Shown piece by piece: positions 22,919-37,635 of a stretch of DNA of 64,000 nt. The stretch covers positions 208,010,001-208,074,000 of the forward strand of contig NC_091473.1 in assembly GCF_036971445.1 (NCBI RefSeq), read 5' to 3'. Numbering within the stretch: position 1 is the stretch's first letter; every line of letters begins with the position of its first letter. The DNA comes from Narcine bancroftii. Taxonomy: Eukaryota. The notes under the pieces are model-generated. The model made no database searches and was not told the DNA's origin. It worked only from the letters and a program-made list of their open reading frames with translations. Position numbers and translations under genes: made by a program.

Positions 22919-25900
22919 TTTTTAAATTTTTTTATTTTTCACACTATAAACCATATTGACCAAGATACATACAGACCTTTTTTTTTCTTGAATATATACA
23001 GTGTCATTTTCTCCCCCCTTTTCCTCCCTCCCTTCCCTCCCTCCCTCACCCCCTTTCCCATTTATTTGAAGTTCAATCTATAAGATACATTAAACCCGTC
23101 AAACAATGTTGTCACTTAATAAAATTAAACAAGAAATTTTACTGAGTCAGTTCTTTTCATTGTCTTCTCCTTCTGTCATTTTAGGTGGTGGAAGTCCATG
23201 GTAGGATTTCTCTATTGTATTTCATGTATGGCTCCCATATTTGTTCAAATATTGTGATGTTATTTCTTAAATTATAGGTTATTTTTTCTAATAGAATACA
23301 TTTATTCATTTCTATATGCCATTGTTGCATTCTCAATTTGTCTTCTCATTTCCAGGCTGACATAATACACTTTTTTGCTACAGCTAGGGCTATCATAACA
23401 AATCTTTTTTGTGCTCCATGCACATCGAGTCCAAATTCTTTATTTCTTATATTACTTAGGAGGAAGATCTCTGGGTTTTTTGGTACATTGCTTTTAGTGA
23501 TTTTATTCAATATCTGGTTTAACTCTTCCCAAAATGTTTTCACCTTTTCACATGTCCAAATTGCAAGAATTGTTGTTCCCGTTTCCTTTTTACAGCAAAA
23601 ACATCTGTCTGATACTGTTGGGTCCATTTATTTAACTTTTGAGGTGTGATGTATAGCCTGTGTATCCAGTTATATTGTATCATGCGTAACCTCGTGTTTA
23701 TTGTATTTCTCATAGTTCCGGAGCGTAGCTTTTCCCATGTTTCATTCTTTATCTTTATGTTTAGATCTTGTTCCCATTTTTGTTTAGGTTTACCATTTGT
23801 TTTCTTGTTCTCCTTTTCTTGCAGTTTGATGTACATGTTTGTTACAAATTTTTTAATTATCATTGTGTCTGTAATCACATATTCAAAATTGCTTCCTTCT
23901 GGTAACCTCAGACTGTTTCCCAATTTGTCCTTCAAGTAGGTTTTCAGTTGGTGGTATGCAAACATTGTATCGTGAGTTATACTATATTTATCCTTCATTT
24001 GTTCAAAGGATAATAATTTATTTCTCGAAAAACAATTTTCTATTCTTTTGATCCCTTTTCTCTCCAATTCTCTAAAGGAAAGGTTATCTATTGTGAAAGG
24101 GATTAGTTGATTTTCCACCAATATTAGTTTTGGTAGTTGGTAATTTGTTTTATTCCTTTCTACATGAATCTTCTTCCAAATGTTGAGCAGATGATTCAAT
24201 ACCGGTGAATTCCTACATTGCACCAATTTTTCATCCCATTTCTCGGATCCAGAAAAGGCACGAAAATTTGCAGAACAATTACAAAACAGACAGAGAGATG
24301 AAGAGATGTAACAAGAACAAAAATGACAACAAACTATATATGTATATATAAAAAAATATAGAGTATAAGTAAGAACTAAGAAGGGAAAGAAAGGGAAGAA
24401 ATGAAGTAAGAAGGGAATTAAGAGAGTGACCTTTGTTATATATGAAGATTAAAATCTTTTCTGGGGGGGCTGGGTGGGGAAAAATAACAGTCACTGCGAA
24501 ATCAGTTGACACTTGCGAGCGGATTCGCAAATCCAAATGGAGAGGGGAGATGTGGTTGCCTGACAAGGGACAAAGGGCAACTCAGAAAGGGGACGGACTA
24601 TTGGGGTTAAAGGAATTTTAGATCTGAGAATAGTGGAAATATTTTGTTTTAGAAATGTTGTCTTATAATGTGTTCAAAAAAAAAGCAGAAATGGATAAGA
24701 AGGGAAGGTGGTGATGAGGAAACGGAAAGGAAAGATAAACAAAGTATGAAATTACTATGTTGAACTATATGACTTTAAATATTAATGGAATACATAACCA
24801 AATCAAAAGGAAGAAACTGTTAAATTTACTGAAAAAAGAAAAAATTGATATAGCATTCGTACAAGAAACACATCTAACTGAAGTGGAACACAAGAAATTA
24901 AAGAGAGATTGGATTGGACATGTAACAGCAGCATCATACAATTCAAAAGCCAGAGGAGTAGCTATATTAATCAATGAAAATGTACCAATCAAAATAGAAG
25001 AGGAAATAATAGATCCAGCAGGGAGATATGTAATGATAAAATGTCAGATTTATTCAGAATTTTGGAATTTACTCAATGTATACTCACCTAATGAAGAAGA
25101 TCAAAAATTTATGCAAGATATCTTTTAGAAGATAGCAGATACGCAAGGGAACATACTAATAGGAGGAGATTTTAACCTTAATTTGGACTCAAACATGGAT
25201 AAAACTGGAAAAAAACTAACAGAAAGAACAAAGTAACCAAATTTATAATTAAATCGATGCAAGAAATGCAACTTTTGGATCTATGGAGGAAACAACACCC
25301 AAAGGAAAAGGAATATTCATATTATTCGGGTAGACACAAAACATACTCAAGGATAGACCTATTCCTGTTATCAGCCCACATTCAAGGGAGAGTTAGGAAA
25401 ACGGAATATAAAGCTAGACTATTATCGGACCACTCACCCCTGTTATTGGCAATAGGGCTAGAGGACATCCCACCAAGAATGTATAGATGGAGATTAAACT
25501 CCATGCTACTTAAAAGACAGGATTTTAGAGAATTCATTGAACGACAAATTAAAATGTACTTTGAAATAAATACGGCATCAGTGAAAGATAAGTTTATACT
25601 ATGGGACACAATGAAAGCGTTAATCAGAGGGCAAATAATAAGTTATATAACTAAGATGAAGAAGGACTACAATCGGGAAACAGAACAGCTGGAAAGGGAA
25701 ATAACAAATATAGAAAAAGAATTAGCAATAAAGGAAGATACAACTAAAAGAAGAGAATTGGCAGACAAAAAAAAATAAAATATGAAACACTACAAACATA
25801 TAAGGTGGAGAAGAACATAATGAAGACAAAACAGAAAAAAGCTAGGAAAAAATTGTACAAAATTCTAGCGTGGCAGCTTAAGACAGAACAAACTAAAAGA

Positions 25901-28900
25901 ATGGTATTGGCATTAAGGAAAAAGGACAAACAAATTACATTTAATCCAATGGAGATCAATGAAAACTTCAGGGAATTCCACTAGCAACTATATCAAACTG
26001 AAAACAAAGGGAAAGAAGACAAAATAGATGAATTTCTAACTAAAATTGAACTACCGAAATTACAAACAGAGGAGCAAAATAAATTAATAAAACCATTTGA
26101 AATAGAAGAATTACAGGAGATATTTAAAAAACTACCGAACAATAAAACACCAGGAGAGGATGGATTCCCAATAGAATTCTATAAAATATTTAAAGACTTA
26201 TTAATTCCTCCCCTCCTGGAAGTAATCAACCAGATTGATAAGACACAAAACATACCAGATTCATGCAAAACAGCAATAATTACAGTAATACCAAAGACAG
26301 GGAAAGATCCACTAGCACCAGCGTCATATAGACCAATATCTCTACTTAACACAGATTATAAGATAATAGCTAAACTATTAGCAAACAGATTGGCCGACTA
26401 TGTACCAAAAATAGTAAATCTAGACCAAACTGGATTTATTAAAAAAAGACGAACAACGGACAATATCTGTAAATTTATTAACTTAATTCATGCAGTAGAA
26501 GGAAATAAAACTCCAACAGTAGCAGTTGCTTTCGACGCAGAGAAGGCCTTTGACAGAGTAGAATGGAATTATTTATTCAAAGTACTACAAAAATTCAGCC
26601 TACCAGAGAAATATATTAATTAGATTAAAGCATTATATAAGGGGCCATTGGCGGAAGTGACAGTAAATGGATATATATCAAAACAATTTAACTTAAGCAG
26701 ATCAACAAGGCAGGGATGTCCACTATCTCCCTCACTGTTCGCATTAGCTATAGAACCACTAGCAGAACTGATAAGAACAGAAAATAAAATAAGAGGGATA
26801 AAAATAAAAGAGAAGAAAAAAATCAGTCTATTTGCAGATGACATTATAATATATTTAACAGAACCAGAAATATCAATAAAAGAATTACATAGGAAATTGA
26901 AGGAATGTGGAGAAATATCGGGGTTCAGGATCAACCAAATAAAAGTGAAGCAATGCCAATGAATAATGCGGATTTCACAAAGTTCAAGAAAGAATCACCA
27001 TTTAGATGGCAAACACAAGCAATGCGATACCAAGGTGTACAACTAAATAAAAATCTCGGCCATCTATATAAACTAAATTATCATCCATTAATCAAAAAAT
27101 TACAAGACGACTTAGAGCATTGGAAAGACTTACCACTAATACTGATAGGAAGGATAAACTGTATTAAAATGAACATTTTCCCAAGGATAAAATACCTATT
27201 TCAGTCATTACCAATTCACCTAACAGAGAAATTATTCAAGGAGTTAAAGAAAATAATAAGGAAATTCTTATGGAAAGGGGGGAAACTGAGGATAGCACTA
27301 GATAAATTAAAAGAATGGTACAAACAAGGAGGCTTACAACTACCAAACTTTAAGAATTATTATAGAGCCACACAATTAAGATTCCGATCAGATTTTTATC
27401 AAACAAGGGAAAAACCAGATTTGACCAGATTAGAACTAGATAAAATAGGGGAGAAGATACCTGAACATATATTATAGTTTGCCTTGCTGCCCCGGGATAA
27501 GTATTTTAAATACCGCTGGGTATTTTAACATAAATTTATAACCTTTATTCCATCGGATCATTTTTGCTGCATTAAACTCCTTCCTCTTCTTCAGGAGTTC
27601 AAAACTTATATCTGGATAGAAAAAAAATTCTTGACCTTTGTATTCCAGTGGTTTTTTTGTCTTCTTTTATTTTTTTCATTGCCTTCTCCAATATATTTTC
27701 TCTTGTTGTATATCTTAGGAATTTTACTAGAATGGATCTTGGTTTTTGTTGTGGTTGTGGTTTAGGGGTTAATGTCCTGTGTGCCCTTTCTATTTCCATT
27801 TCTTCCTGTAATTCTGGTCTTCCTAGGACCCTGGGGATCCATTCTTTTATAAATTCTTTCATATTTTTGCCTTCTTCATCTTCCTTAAGGCCCACTATCT
27901 TTATATTGTTTCTTCTATTATAATTTTCCATTATGTCTATCTTCTGAGCTAACAGCTCCTGTGCTTCTTTAACATTTTTGTCAGATTCTTCTAATTTCTT
28001 TTTTAAGTCATCTACTTCCATTTCTATGGCTGTTTCTCGTTCTTCCACCTTGTCTACTCGTTTTCCTATATCTGTCATGATCATCTCTAATCTATTCATT
28101 TTTTCTTCTGTACTTTTTATTCTTCTTTTTATTTCGCAGAATTCTTGTGACTGCCATTCTTTTACCATTTCCATATATTCTTTAAAAAAAATATATCCAT
28201 GTACTTGCCCTTCCCTTCATCTTCCATTTCTCTGTGTTCTTCCTCTTCTTCTTCTGGGTCCACTCCAGGATCTGTGTCCTTTACCTCTGTCTCTTCTGGT
28301 TTTCTTGTTGGGTTGTTTATTTTATTTTGTTGGGTATTTTTGGTCTCCTTATTTTTATTAAAAGTGTCTTGGTGTTGGTCTTCTTTCTCTGGGTTGGTCA
28401 TCTGTTGTTTCTTTGATTTCCTATTTTTATTCTCTTCCTTCTTGTTCTCGTTATTTTCTATGTTTTCCTGTTGAGAGTCTTGCTGTTGTGTTGTACTTGT
28501 CTGTTTCAACTGTGGAGATTTACTCCTCAGTTGGTCCCCCCTCCCGTCAGTGTTCTTTTTTGTCTTGCGCATCGCGCATTCTCACTTTTGTTTGGCTCCA
28601 TGAGCCATTTTTGTAGTCCTGAGTTCAGGGTTTCCACTGACCTCAGGGAGCAGGCTTCTCTCTCCATGGCGGGCTTCCTCGACCGGTAAGGCCTTCACCT
28701 TCCTCTTCCGACGTCCTTCCTTCTTCTTTCCTTCCATTGTTTTTGGTTTTTCTTTCTTTGCTGCCATTTTCTCCACACTTTCACTTTCAATTTGTTATGT
28801 TTTCTGTGTTAGTGCCTTAGTTTTTTCTCTACCTTTTTTTTAACTTTTCTGGAGAGGGCTGGAGTTCCCCTACCGTCCACTACTGAATCACGTGACTCCT

Positions 28901-28904
28901 CATC
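22919..28904 (-). mobile_element. Full-length L1-clade LINE with 16-bp TSD and internal inversion (~24240-27476)
   Basis: TSD GAAGGTTTAGCTTGTT at 22903-22918 and 28905-28920; ORF1 (ENYNRRNNIKIVG, ERAHR) on minus; EN (LNING, QETH, SDH) and RT (RQGCPLSP, LFADD) on plus; ORF2 C-terminus and A-rich tail on minus. Confidence 0.92.
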
Positions 28905-31401
28905 GAAGGTTTAGCTTGTTGAGTTATTTATACAGGATGGCATAACATTGGGGGCCAAAGAGCCTGTACTTTGCTGTGATGTTCAGTGTTCGAACCCTCC
29001 ACGACGTCCCTCTGCCTCTTATCATCAACCCAAATCTGTATCCAATTGATTCCATGGAAAATTCACCATGTAGTTCAGCCGACCATGTTGGATCTTGTCA
29101 AAGGCCTTGCTGATAAATTCCACATGGTAAACACGGGTTGTCCTGCCATCAGCAATTTTCCTGGTCACCTCCAAAATTTTAATTAACGTGACAAGATTCA
29201 AGTTCCCATGCAAGAAGCCGTGCTATCTTTAATCAGTGCCTCCCCTTCCAACTGCAAGTAGATCCTGTCTCTCAGCATCCCCTCCAGCCTCTTATCTACA
29301 ACTGGTGTAAATCTGTCCAGCCCATAGTTCTCTGGCTTATCTCTGGAATTCAGCTCTTTGGTCCCCATGAGAACAAAGGCAAAGATGTGCTGAATAACCA
29401 AGTGGCCCAGGTAACACCTAAACTGGTCACTGGTGAGGAGGTGAATGGTGAGTAAGTGGCACTTGATCCCACAGCCAAACATGTCCATCACTTTACTGAG
29501 GATTGAGTAGACTGACATCAGGAATTTACTTATTGGATGTGTCCTGTTTCACAAGAACTGGGGAAACCTGGATACATTTTCATGTGATTATTCAGGTATC
29601 AGAGTGGAATCTGTCCTGGAACATTTTGCCAGAAGCCTCCATTTTAATGGGATCAAGTCATATCCCCAAACTTCCTGGTTGCAGAATAATTAAGAAGCAA
29701 CATTGATCTGAGCCAAGTTTGTTTTTCTTCTCAAATGAATCCAGTATTTGAGTTCAACTCGAGGTAGTTTAGCGATGTTTCTCTCCACAGGACAGACGCT
29801 GAGCACATTTGCATCCTTATCTGCCTTCACCAATCCAAACACATTAATCAAGCCGTCTTTTTCTAGCACGGTGAGAATTGTTTGTTGGTGTTGATCACTA
29901 AATCAGGAACACATTTCCATACATCAAGCAGCATGGCTGTTCTTTTTAGCAGCCTGTTCCCACTGGGAGGTCCCCATCTCAGATTAAGTCCCACTGCCAT
30001 CTCCTACAGGAAGTCTGAAGTGAAGGTAATAGTCCCTAGATCAGTGCCCAGTTTCACACACAACAATGAAAATGTCAAGCACATCTCTGGTCAATCGACA
30101 GCTGCATACAAAGAGTCTGTTGAAATTTGTCCCATGCAGAGAGCATCAGAAAGAGGTTGTTCAGCCTTCCACTTTCTCCTATTCGTTGCTGACATGTATC
30201 TGAACTCCATCTGCCTTCCCTGGCAACCAAAATCTTACAAAATTCCATCACTGGAGAAAATTTCAACTGACCCCCATCCTTGAGAGTTTTCCAGCAAGAG
30301 TTCCGGATTTCCTGTGCTCTGAATAGCCTGGGTCTAATTGAAATGTTTTCCCCCTTATTTGGAATGCACAGATGATGCATCAGTTTCTATCTCCTCCAGT
30401 GCACCCTTTCATGAATTTAAACTCCCAATTCCAGCAGGTTTCATTTTTCATGTATCATGACAAGTTTCATTAAAACGATCCAGCCCAACGACCATCGGAT
30501 ATAAGCCTCACAATTTTGGCTTTCCCATCTCCAATATCCTCTGCATTCAGCTCCCATTCTGAATGGAGACATGGAGTGCAGACAGTGGTTCTTTGAGCCT
30601 TATGATCTGACTCACCTGCCCACAGGGAATAGGATGGGGTCCAACACTGTCCCTGGGAAACAGCAGCTCCTGGGAGTGAGTTTGATGGTGGGTGAAGGAG
30701 AAAAAAATAAAGGGAAATAAAGAGGCAGTGGGAGGAGAGGGGAAGGAGGCAAGAGATGTGATGTGGCAGAAAATGGAAAGGGGAGGAATGGAAGAGTGGG
30801 GTGACAAAGGAGGGAGAGAGGAAAAATGGGTGGCTCCAGAGAGCTGGGAAGAGAGGTGCAATGAAAGACGAGGAAGAGATGGAGAATAGGGTCAGGGAAA
30901 GGCAGGAAAAGTAAGAGAGGGAGAGGATGAGGAGAGAAGGCCCTGATAGAAGGAATGTAGGGGTGGGGAGAGAGGCAGAGAGGGTGGGGGGAGGGGGGTT
31001 AGATGGATGTATGAGCTGTGGCAGAACACAGACTCTAATCTCAGCAGCTGTGATGGAAACCTTGGTCTGTTGGATTCCCTGCTCATCCTCTGCTCAGTGA
31101 TAGGGCAAATCACTCCTTGCTTCTCTCTTTTCTTGAGGGAACTGCATCATGTGCCAGCAGCAGAGTTCTGGCTTAATTGGGACATCGTGTTCAGCACAGA
31201 CAGTGGAGGCCTGAAGGGCCCAACCCTGAACGCTAATGTTCGATGACAGAGGATTCAACAGCCAGGTGTTGAAGGGCATTTCTTTCACCAACTTCATAGG
31301 CCCTGTCCACGTTTTGGCTGCCAGTGAATCAGGGTTAACGTTTGTTTGACATGATCCCCAGTTCACACAGTAATCATACCAGGTAAAGGCAGAACGATGA
31401 G

Positions 31402-31612
31402 GGTAGCACTGTTGGTGTAGTGGTTAGTGTCACGCTGTTACAGCGCCAGCGATCAGGACTGGGGTTCAAATCCCACGCTGTCTGTAAAGTGTATGTTCTC
31501 CCGTGGTCTGGTTTTCTCGCACTGTTTGAAATGTAGCGGAGGTTGTCGGTTAATTGGGTGTAATTGGATGGCACAGGCTACTGGGCCAAATGGTCTGTTA
31601 CCGTGCTGTCTT
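31402..31612 (+). mobile_element. tRNA-derived SINE
   Basis: Same family as 181-400. Confidence 0.7.
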
Positions 31613-32379
31613 GCACAGGTCACAGACGGTTCCGTATGTCTTTTTCCTCCTCCGTTCTCTCACTACATGGACCTGACAGTGATAGTAACTGTTCCAAGTT
31701 GATAGAGTGAGGATTGGAAGTGGGCACAGAAATGGTCGAGCCAGAGGTATTTCAAGCTGATCTTAACCCCTCTAAAGATGTGATTGAAAATCAGCAGTGC
31801 GACAATTTGTCACTGAATCCTTTTCTTCTCTGACATTAATTCTTCTGCTGAGAACTGCGAGTAATTCTGTGATTGGCTGATCTGGAAATAAGAAGGAAAT
31901 AACCATGACGGTGGCACAGATGGAGACCTGCTTCACTTCCACACTGGTGCCAATAACAGGAGCAGGTGTCCCAGAATGAAGATGCCAGTGAGGTGGAACC
32001 AGTGGAAGAGGACAGAGTGCTCAGGAGGGAACCTGCATCTCACAATCCAACTCCCCCTCATTCCCAAAAATCACTTCCAGTTCATGAGCTGCACTTGTGA
32101 CTTCATTCAACAGCACCGCTGCACCCTCTGCGCCTCCAATCCATGCAGTGTAACTCAGTCCCTTCCACACAGATGAGAAGATGGAGGCAAAGGAGACACT
32201 CCGTCACTTCACCCTGACATCCACGTCCTCCATCGCAGGGTCAGAGTCAGGTTGGCCACGAACATGGATCAGGGTTTGTTGTTTTAGGGCAGCAGGGTTG
32301 TGGAGAACAAGGTGCAAAATGACTATCAATTACAATTTTGTAAATACAAAATTGTAAAAGAAATAATGAGAGCGAGAAA

Positions 32380-32860
32380 GAGGAAAAGTGAAGCCATGTG
32401 CACAGGATCTTGTCCATTCAAAAATATGATGGTGGGGGAGAAGCTGCTTTTGTAACATTGTGTGTGTGTGTGTGTCTTCAGACTCCTGCACCTCCTCCCA
32501 GTGAGAAAAGGGCAAGGCCTGGGTGGTGAGAGTCCTTGAAGATAGAAACTGCTTTCTTGAGGCACTGCCTCTTAAAGATGCCCTTAATGGAGTGAAGACT
32601 AATGCCCACGATGGTGCTGGTTGAGTTTACAACCCTCAGTCGCCTATTCCCGTCCTGTCCATTGGCACCTCAATACCAAACAGTGATGCAACCAGCCAGA
32701 ATTTCTGTGGAAATTTGCAAGCGACTTTGGTGACATCACGAATCTCCACAAACTCCTCATGAAGTATAGTGGCTGTCGAGCCTTCTACATGATTGCATCA
32801 TGGTTCAGGATGGATTTTCAGAGCACTTGACCCAGGAATATGAAGTTTCTTACCCTCTCC
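32380..32860 (-). mobile_element. Rex1/Babar-type LINE fragment
   Basis: Similar to the reverse complement of the 3' half of 41235-42270. Confidence 0.5.
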
Positions 32861-33179
32861 ACATGCAGAAAGCAGCCAATGTCCATTGATCCAGTGGATT
32901 CTCTCTCCTTGGAACATAGCAACTTTCTGTGTTCTAACCCTGTCAACCTATTATTTGCACCTTTCTGCATCATATTTATGAAACATCTAATAAATGCAGG
33001 AATGTTTTTCACATCACCCACTCTGTGTGAATGTCACTTCCACATGTTCACCATTCCAAATGCTTAATCCCCTATTTATCAGGGTCGAGAGCTTTGGTGT
33101 TTGTCAACATGTTCCTTGCCTGAGAGGGTTTAATATGCCTATACAGAGGAATCCTCACCCTGTAACATATGCTCTTATA

Positions 33180-33752
33180 GCCATAGGATCATTGAATGCG
33201 ACAGCACAGAAAACAGGCCATTCACCCCCTCTAGTCTGTGCCGACCATCATCTCCCTCATTGCACTGATCTGCTCCCATTTCATAATCCTTCAGGTATCA
33301 CCCATCCATAGACCTATTGAATTCATTCTTAAAAGACACTATCAAGCTCGCATTCACCACATCAGTTGGCAGCTCATTCCACACTCCCACAACTCTATAA
33401 GTGAAGAACTTCCACATTATGTTCCCCCTAAACCTTTCCCCTTCAGCTTAAATCGATGATCTCTCATATTTATCTCCCCTAATCTGTGGAAAAAGCTTAT
33501 TCACATCCACTCTGTCTATACCTCTCATAATATTGTAAACCTCTATCAAATCTTCCCTCATTCTTTTTTTCTCCAAGGAATAAAGTCCTAGCCCATTTAC
33601 TCTTTCCCTGAAACTCAACTCCTGAAGACCTGGCAACATCCTGGTAAATCTTCTCTGCACTCTTTCAATTTTATTGAGATCCTTCTTGTAGTTAGGTGCC
33701 CAGAAATGCATACAATATTCCAAGTTTGGTCTCACCAATGTCTGAAACAACT
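33180..33752 (-). mobile_element. CR1 LINE 3' fragment
   Basis: TLVRPNLEYCMHFWAP..RRFTRMLPG..LGLYSLE. Confidence 0.8.
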
Positions 33753-35174
33753 TGGGTGAAATTGTTGGAACAAGTGAAAGGAACCTCTCTCTAGATCAAA
33801 TCTGTGTTCTTCCTGTCCTGGAGGATATGACCACATTCTGGTGGGAGATTTATTTACTGCCCCGTGGATGTTGTTGCTCCCATGTGACTCTGAGGTTGCA
33901 CTGACTCACATTGAACATACAACACTGGAGAAGATTCAGGTCAGCTTTTCCATGCCATTGTTTAGTTTCCACACGAGCCTTCAGCCACCCCAACACCGTC
34001 CAACTGGGTCAACATCTCCGTCTATTCCCTTCCCACTCATTCACCTCTTTGGGAGAGTTCCACATTCTCCCTACTCTATCTCATTGAGATTATGATTTAT
34101 CAAGAATGAGAGATTAATGACACTAATCTCTGTACCCCTGGAGAATGAATTTTATCCCCCCATCTCAATGTTATCATCTTGAAGGTGGAAATACGCATTA
34201 GACTTTAATCTAATGTATGCAGGGTTAACATGAGTATCTAAACCTATCAGTTATCGACCGATAATGTCACTATTTGTTCCACGTTCACACAGAAAAGAGC
34301 CTCACTGTATTCAATCCACTGCATTGCAGCATCAAAGAGATGGAGTCCCTGCTGGGAGGGTGTCAGGGCACTGAGTGGAAGGAGTGGAGAGACTGCTTTT
34401 GGTCTACAAGGTCCCCATAGGTTTTGAATTAACCCTGGATCAAACTTCACCAACTCTCAGTGACAGCCTGTGGCTCATTTAAAGTTCAGTAGCCATTTGC
34501 TTTGAAGAGCTACAGATGTCTGAAACTCTGTGTTAATGTGAAGATGCAGTCCTTCTTCCACTTCCTCTCAGGTTGTACAGGCCGGTTTAATTTGAGCTGG
34601 GGGCCCTCCCATTGCAATCTTGTTACTAAAATGAATAAGCCCACTGATTTGCATCTGGAAATACATTTCTGAGGTGGTTCTTTGCACCAACCAACAGGTT
34701 CATGTTTACCAAGCAGGATGGGACTGAAGGAATCGAAACCAGTGACCGTGAGATACACACAGACCAAGACCCTCTTGTCATTTCAGGACAAGTGTCACTG
34801 GAAAGCAACAGGCTCAGAGTAATGGTGATTGACTGTTCAGGATGGATTGATTCATTCATTATGGGAACGAGGTGTTTCGACACAGGGCACCCTGTGATTT
34901 TGGTTCTGAAGGAGTTGAGAGGTTCCCACCAATCGTTTACGTTGTCTTCTTCCCACTGATCCAGAGATGCATCTGACGACAGATGTCGATCGCCATATAA
35001 ATTAAGGGTCGTGACTGGTTTAAAAGACCACAGGCCCCGAAGATGACAGGAATTAAGGTTGGACATTCAGTCAAGACACTATTTATTTTGTCTGAGGGTG
35101 AATGAAAGGATGAAGAGGTCTGCTTCTGGCATCAAGAGAGTGATATGTGTATCATTGCATTCCAAAGGATGAGA

Positions 35175-35535
35175 GGTTACTTATTAGAGGTATTTAAGAT
35201 TATTAGGGGCTGAGGTAGGGTGGATAGCCAGCACCCAATATTAGGAAATACCAGAGATATCTGTTGAAGGTGAGAGGTGGAAAAGTTAGGGGTGATGTCA
35301 GAGGTAAGTTTTATGACACAGAGTGTGAGTGTCGAGGTTACATTGCCAGGGTTGGAGGTGGAGGCTGGTTCAAAAGGGACATTCAAAAGACTCTGAGATT
35401 GGCAATGGATGTAAGAAAAATAGAGGGTTATGGGTGTGAGGTCAGAAAAAAGATTGTTGTGGAGTAGGTCTATACAGGTTGGCACAACATAGTGGGCTGA
35501 AGGGCCTCTACATGTGCTGTAATGTTGTGTGTTCT
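35175..35535 (+). mobile_element. CR1 LINE 3' end
   Basis: KVRGGKVRGDVRGKF; gggctgaagggcct tail. Confidence 0.7.
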
Positions 35536-35999
35536 GTCTGAACAGATCATACTGTCAGATTAAAACATTGCTTCCAAACAGCTTTTACCAGACTCTTCCT
35601 CACCTGATATCCTCCCTCCCTGCAACCCCCCCTCTTCTTTGGTCTGGCATCTGGTTCACCCTCCTGTCAGTAACTTGTAATGACTCACCACTCTCTGCAA
35701 AGGCAAGTGGGAGCCGTTGCTTCAGTTGTCCAATGACTTTGCACTGTCACCGACCATGGACACAACCAGCCTCAGGTGTCCTTCATGATGAATGGGAGCT
35801 GAGTCACGAGGATTGCTCCTCTGATCTGAAATCCTTGCAGGATCTGCAGGCAATCACAGCCAAATCAAAATGAACAAATGATATGATATTGAAGGAGAAG
35901 GTGAGGCTCTCAACACCTGTGAGCACAATTTAGAAGGTTTTTTAGCTTTCAGAATGTTTCCCTTGCCAGTCCTTATTGTTACCCTTTTTGCAGCTTAGA

Positions 36000-36975
36000 G
36001 GTTTTAAGGGTCGGCACAGATTAGACTTTAAATGTTTTAAAGAACTATTTCTTCAAAATAAGTTTGTTTCTTTTGAACAATTAATGGTTAAATGTGAATG
36101 ACCAAATGCATTGTTTTTAGATATTTGCAGGTGAGCCATTTTGTTCAATCTCAGATCCCTGATTTTCCGCAAATTACCGAGGCAAATCCTCTTGATTTAC
36201 TTTTTGGTTTACAACTTTCTCATAAAGATTCACTATCTCTTAATTATAACAATTTGCATGATTTAAATGTGACTTTGTTAGTTAAGATTAAGAGACGCTG
36301 GGAAGAGGATTTGAATCTTTCAATCTCTGATGAGCTCTCAGACTCTATTTGTTATCTGATTAATATGATCTCCCTTTGTGCACGACATTGCTTATTGCAA
36401 TTTAAAGTGGTCCATAGGGTACACTTGTTGAAAGTTAAATTGTCTCGTTTTTACTCTGATATACACATTCGATGTGACAAATGTAATTGTTGAGGCTTCT
36501 TTGATTCACATATTATGGACTTGCCCTGGTTTAGAGAAATATTTTCCAAACAACTTAAGGTTAAGTTGGAACCTTGCCCTTGAATTGCTCTTTTTGGATC
36601 ATTACAGGATGATGACGTTTTATTGACTTCAACTCAAAACCAAATTTTATCTTTTACTTCATTGATAGCGAGACGAGCAATTTTGATGAAATAAGATTCA
36701 AATACTAATTTCATACAGACATGAGGCCCATTATGGGCCATTATCACACTCTGAGTTTGACGGTTCTCATCCCTTCGATGCTGTGCTGTTTATTTCCAGG
36801 TTCTCGTCATTTGATATCCACACATTAGTTTTTTTTTCCAACCTCGTATCGTGGTAGGGGCTTTGAATTAAGGGTTTTCTGGTTTCTTTCCATTTTATTA
36901 CAATTTGTATTTCTTACAAAAACATTCTGTTTAACTCTGTTTTATTGTAAACCTCAATAAAAATATCAAGAAAAG
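36000..36975 (+). mobile_element. L1/Tx1-clade ORF2 C-terminal fragment and 3' end
   Basis: FRYLQVSHF..WEEDL..LLQFKVVHRVH..CDKC; aataaa-A tail. Confidence 0.7.
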
Positions 36976-36999
36976 AACAAAAGAATTCATCATGTTTGT

Positions 37000-37635
37000 G
37001 CAAAAGGAGATGGAATGGAGTGACAAAGCAAAGGAAAGGCAACAGGGAAGAAGGTGAGGGATAGGGGAAAGGTTTAACAAAAGCCAGAGATGTCGAATCT
37101 GGTTGGAGGGTGCCCATTCAGAAGAGGTATTGTTCCTCCAATTTGCACGTGGTCTCAGTCTGGCAGAGCACGAGACCACGGACACAGACGTCAGCAAGGG
37201 AATGAGGTAGATCATTGAAATGGGAGGCCACTGGGAGGTCCACATTGTTGTGGCGGATGGAACCAAGGTGCTCAACAAAGCGATCTCCCAGTCTCTCCAA
37301 TGTCAAGGAGACCACAACAGAAGCACCAGTTGCAGCAGATGACCCCTGCAGGTTCACAAGTGAAATGCTACTTCACTTGGAAGGGCTGTTTGGGCCCTAA
37401 AAGGTGATGCGGAAGGTGTGGTCACAGAGGACTATCTCGTGCAGTCACAGGGGTTGGACCCAAGGGAATAATGTGTGGGAAGGGAGAAGTCGACAAGGGA
37501 GTTGTCCCTGCAGAAGGCGGAGAGGGAAATATGTGTCTAGCGGTGGGATCACGAAATAGGTGGTATAAATGGCAGAGGAGGATGTGTTGAATGTGAAGGC
37601 TGGTGGGGCAGTAGCTGAGGTCAAGAGGAATCAGG
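37000..37635 (-). mobile_element. Penelope-like element, GIY-YIG region
   Basis: RLGDRFVEHL..LPVASHFN..KLEEQ. Confidence 0.75.

Noticed and set aside
29807-29814. ATTTGCAT octamer (also ~10298, 34647 and others) as Ig promoter/enhancer
   Set aside because: Several copies occur, many inside LINEs, consistent with chance in AT-rich DNA; no leader or V exon nearby.
31930-32035. Short hydrophobic minus-strand stretch (FHLTGIFILGHLLLLLAPVWK) as an Ig TM exon
   Set aside because: Lacks the conserved Ig TM (CART) pattern and a convincing acceptor.
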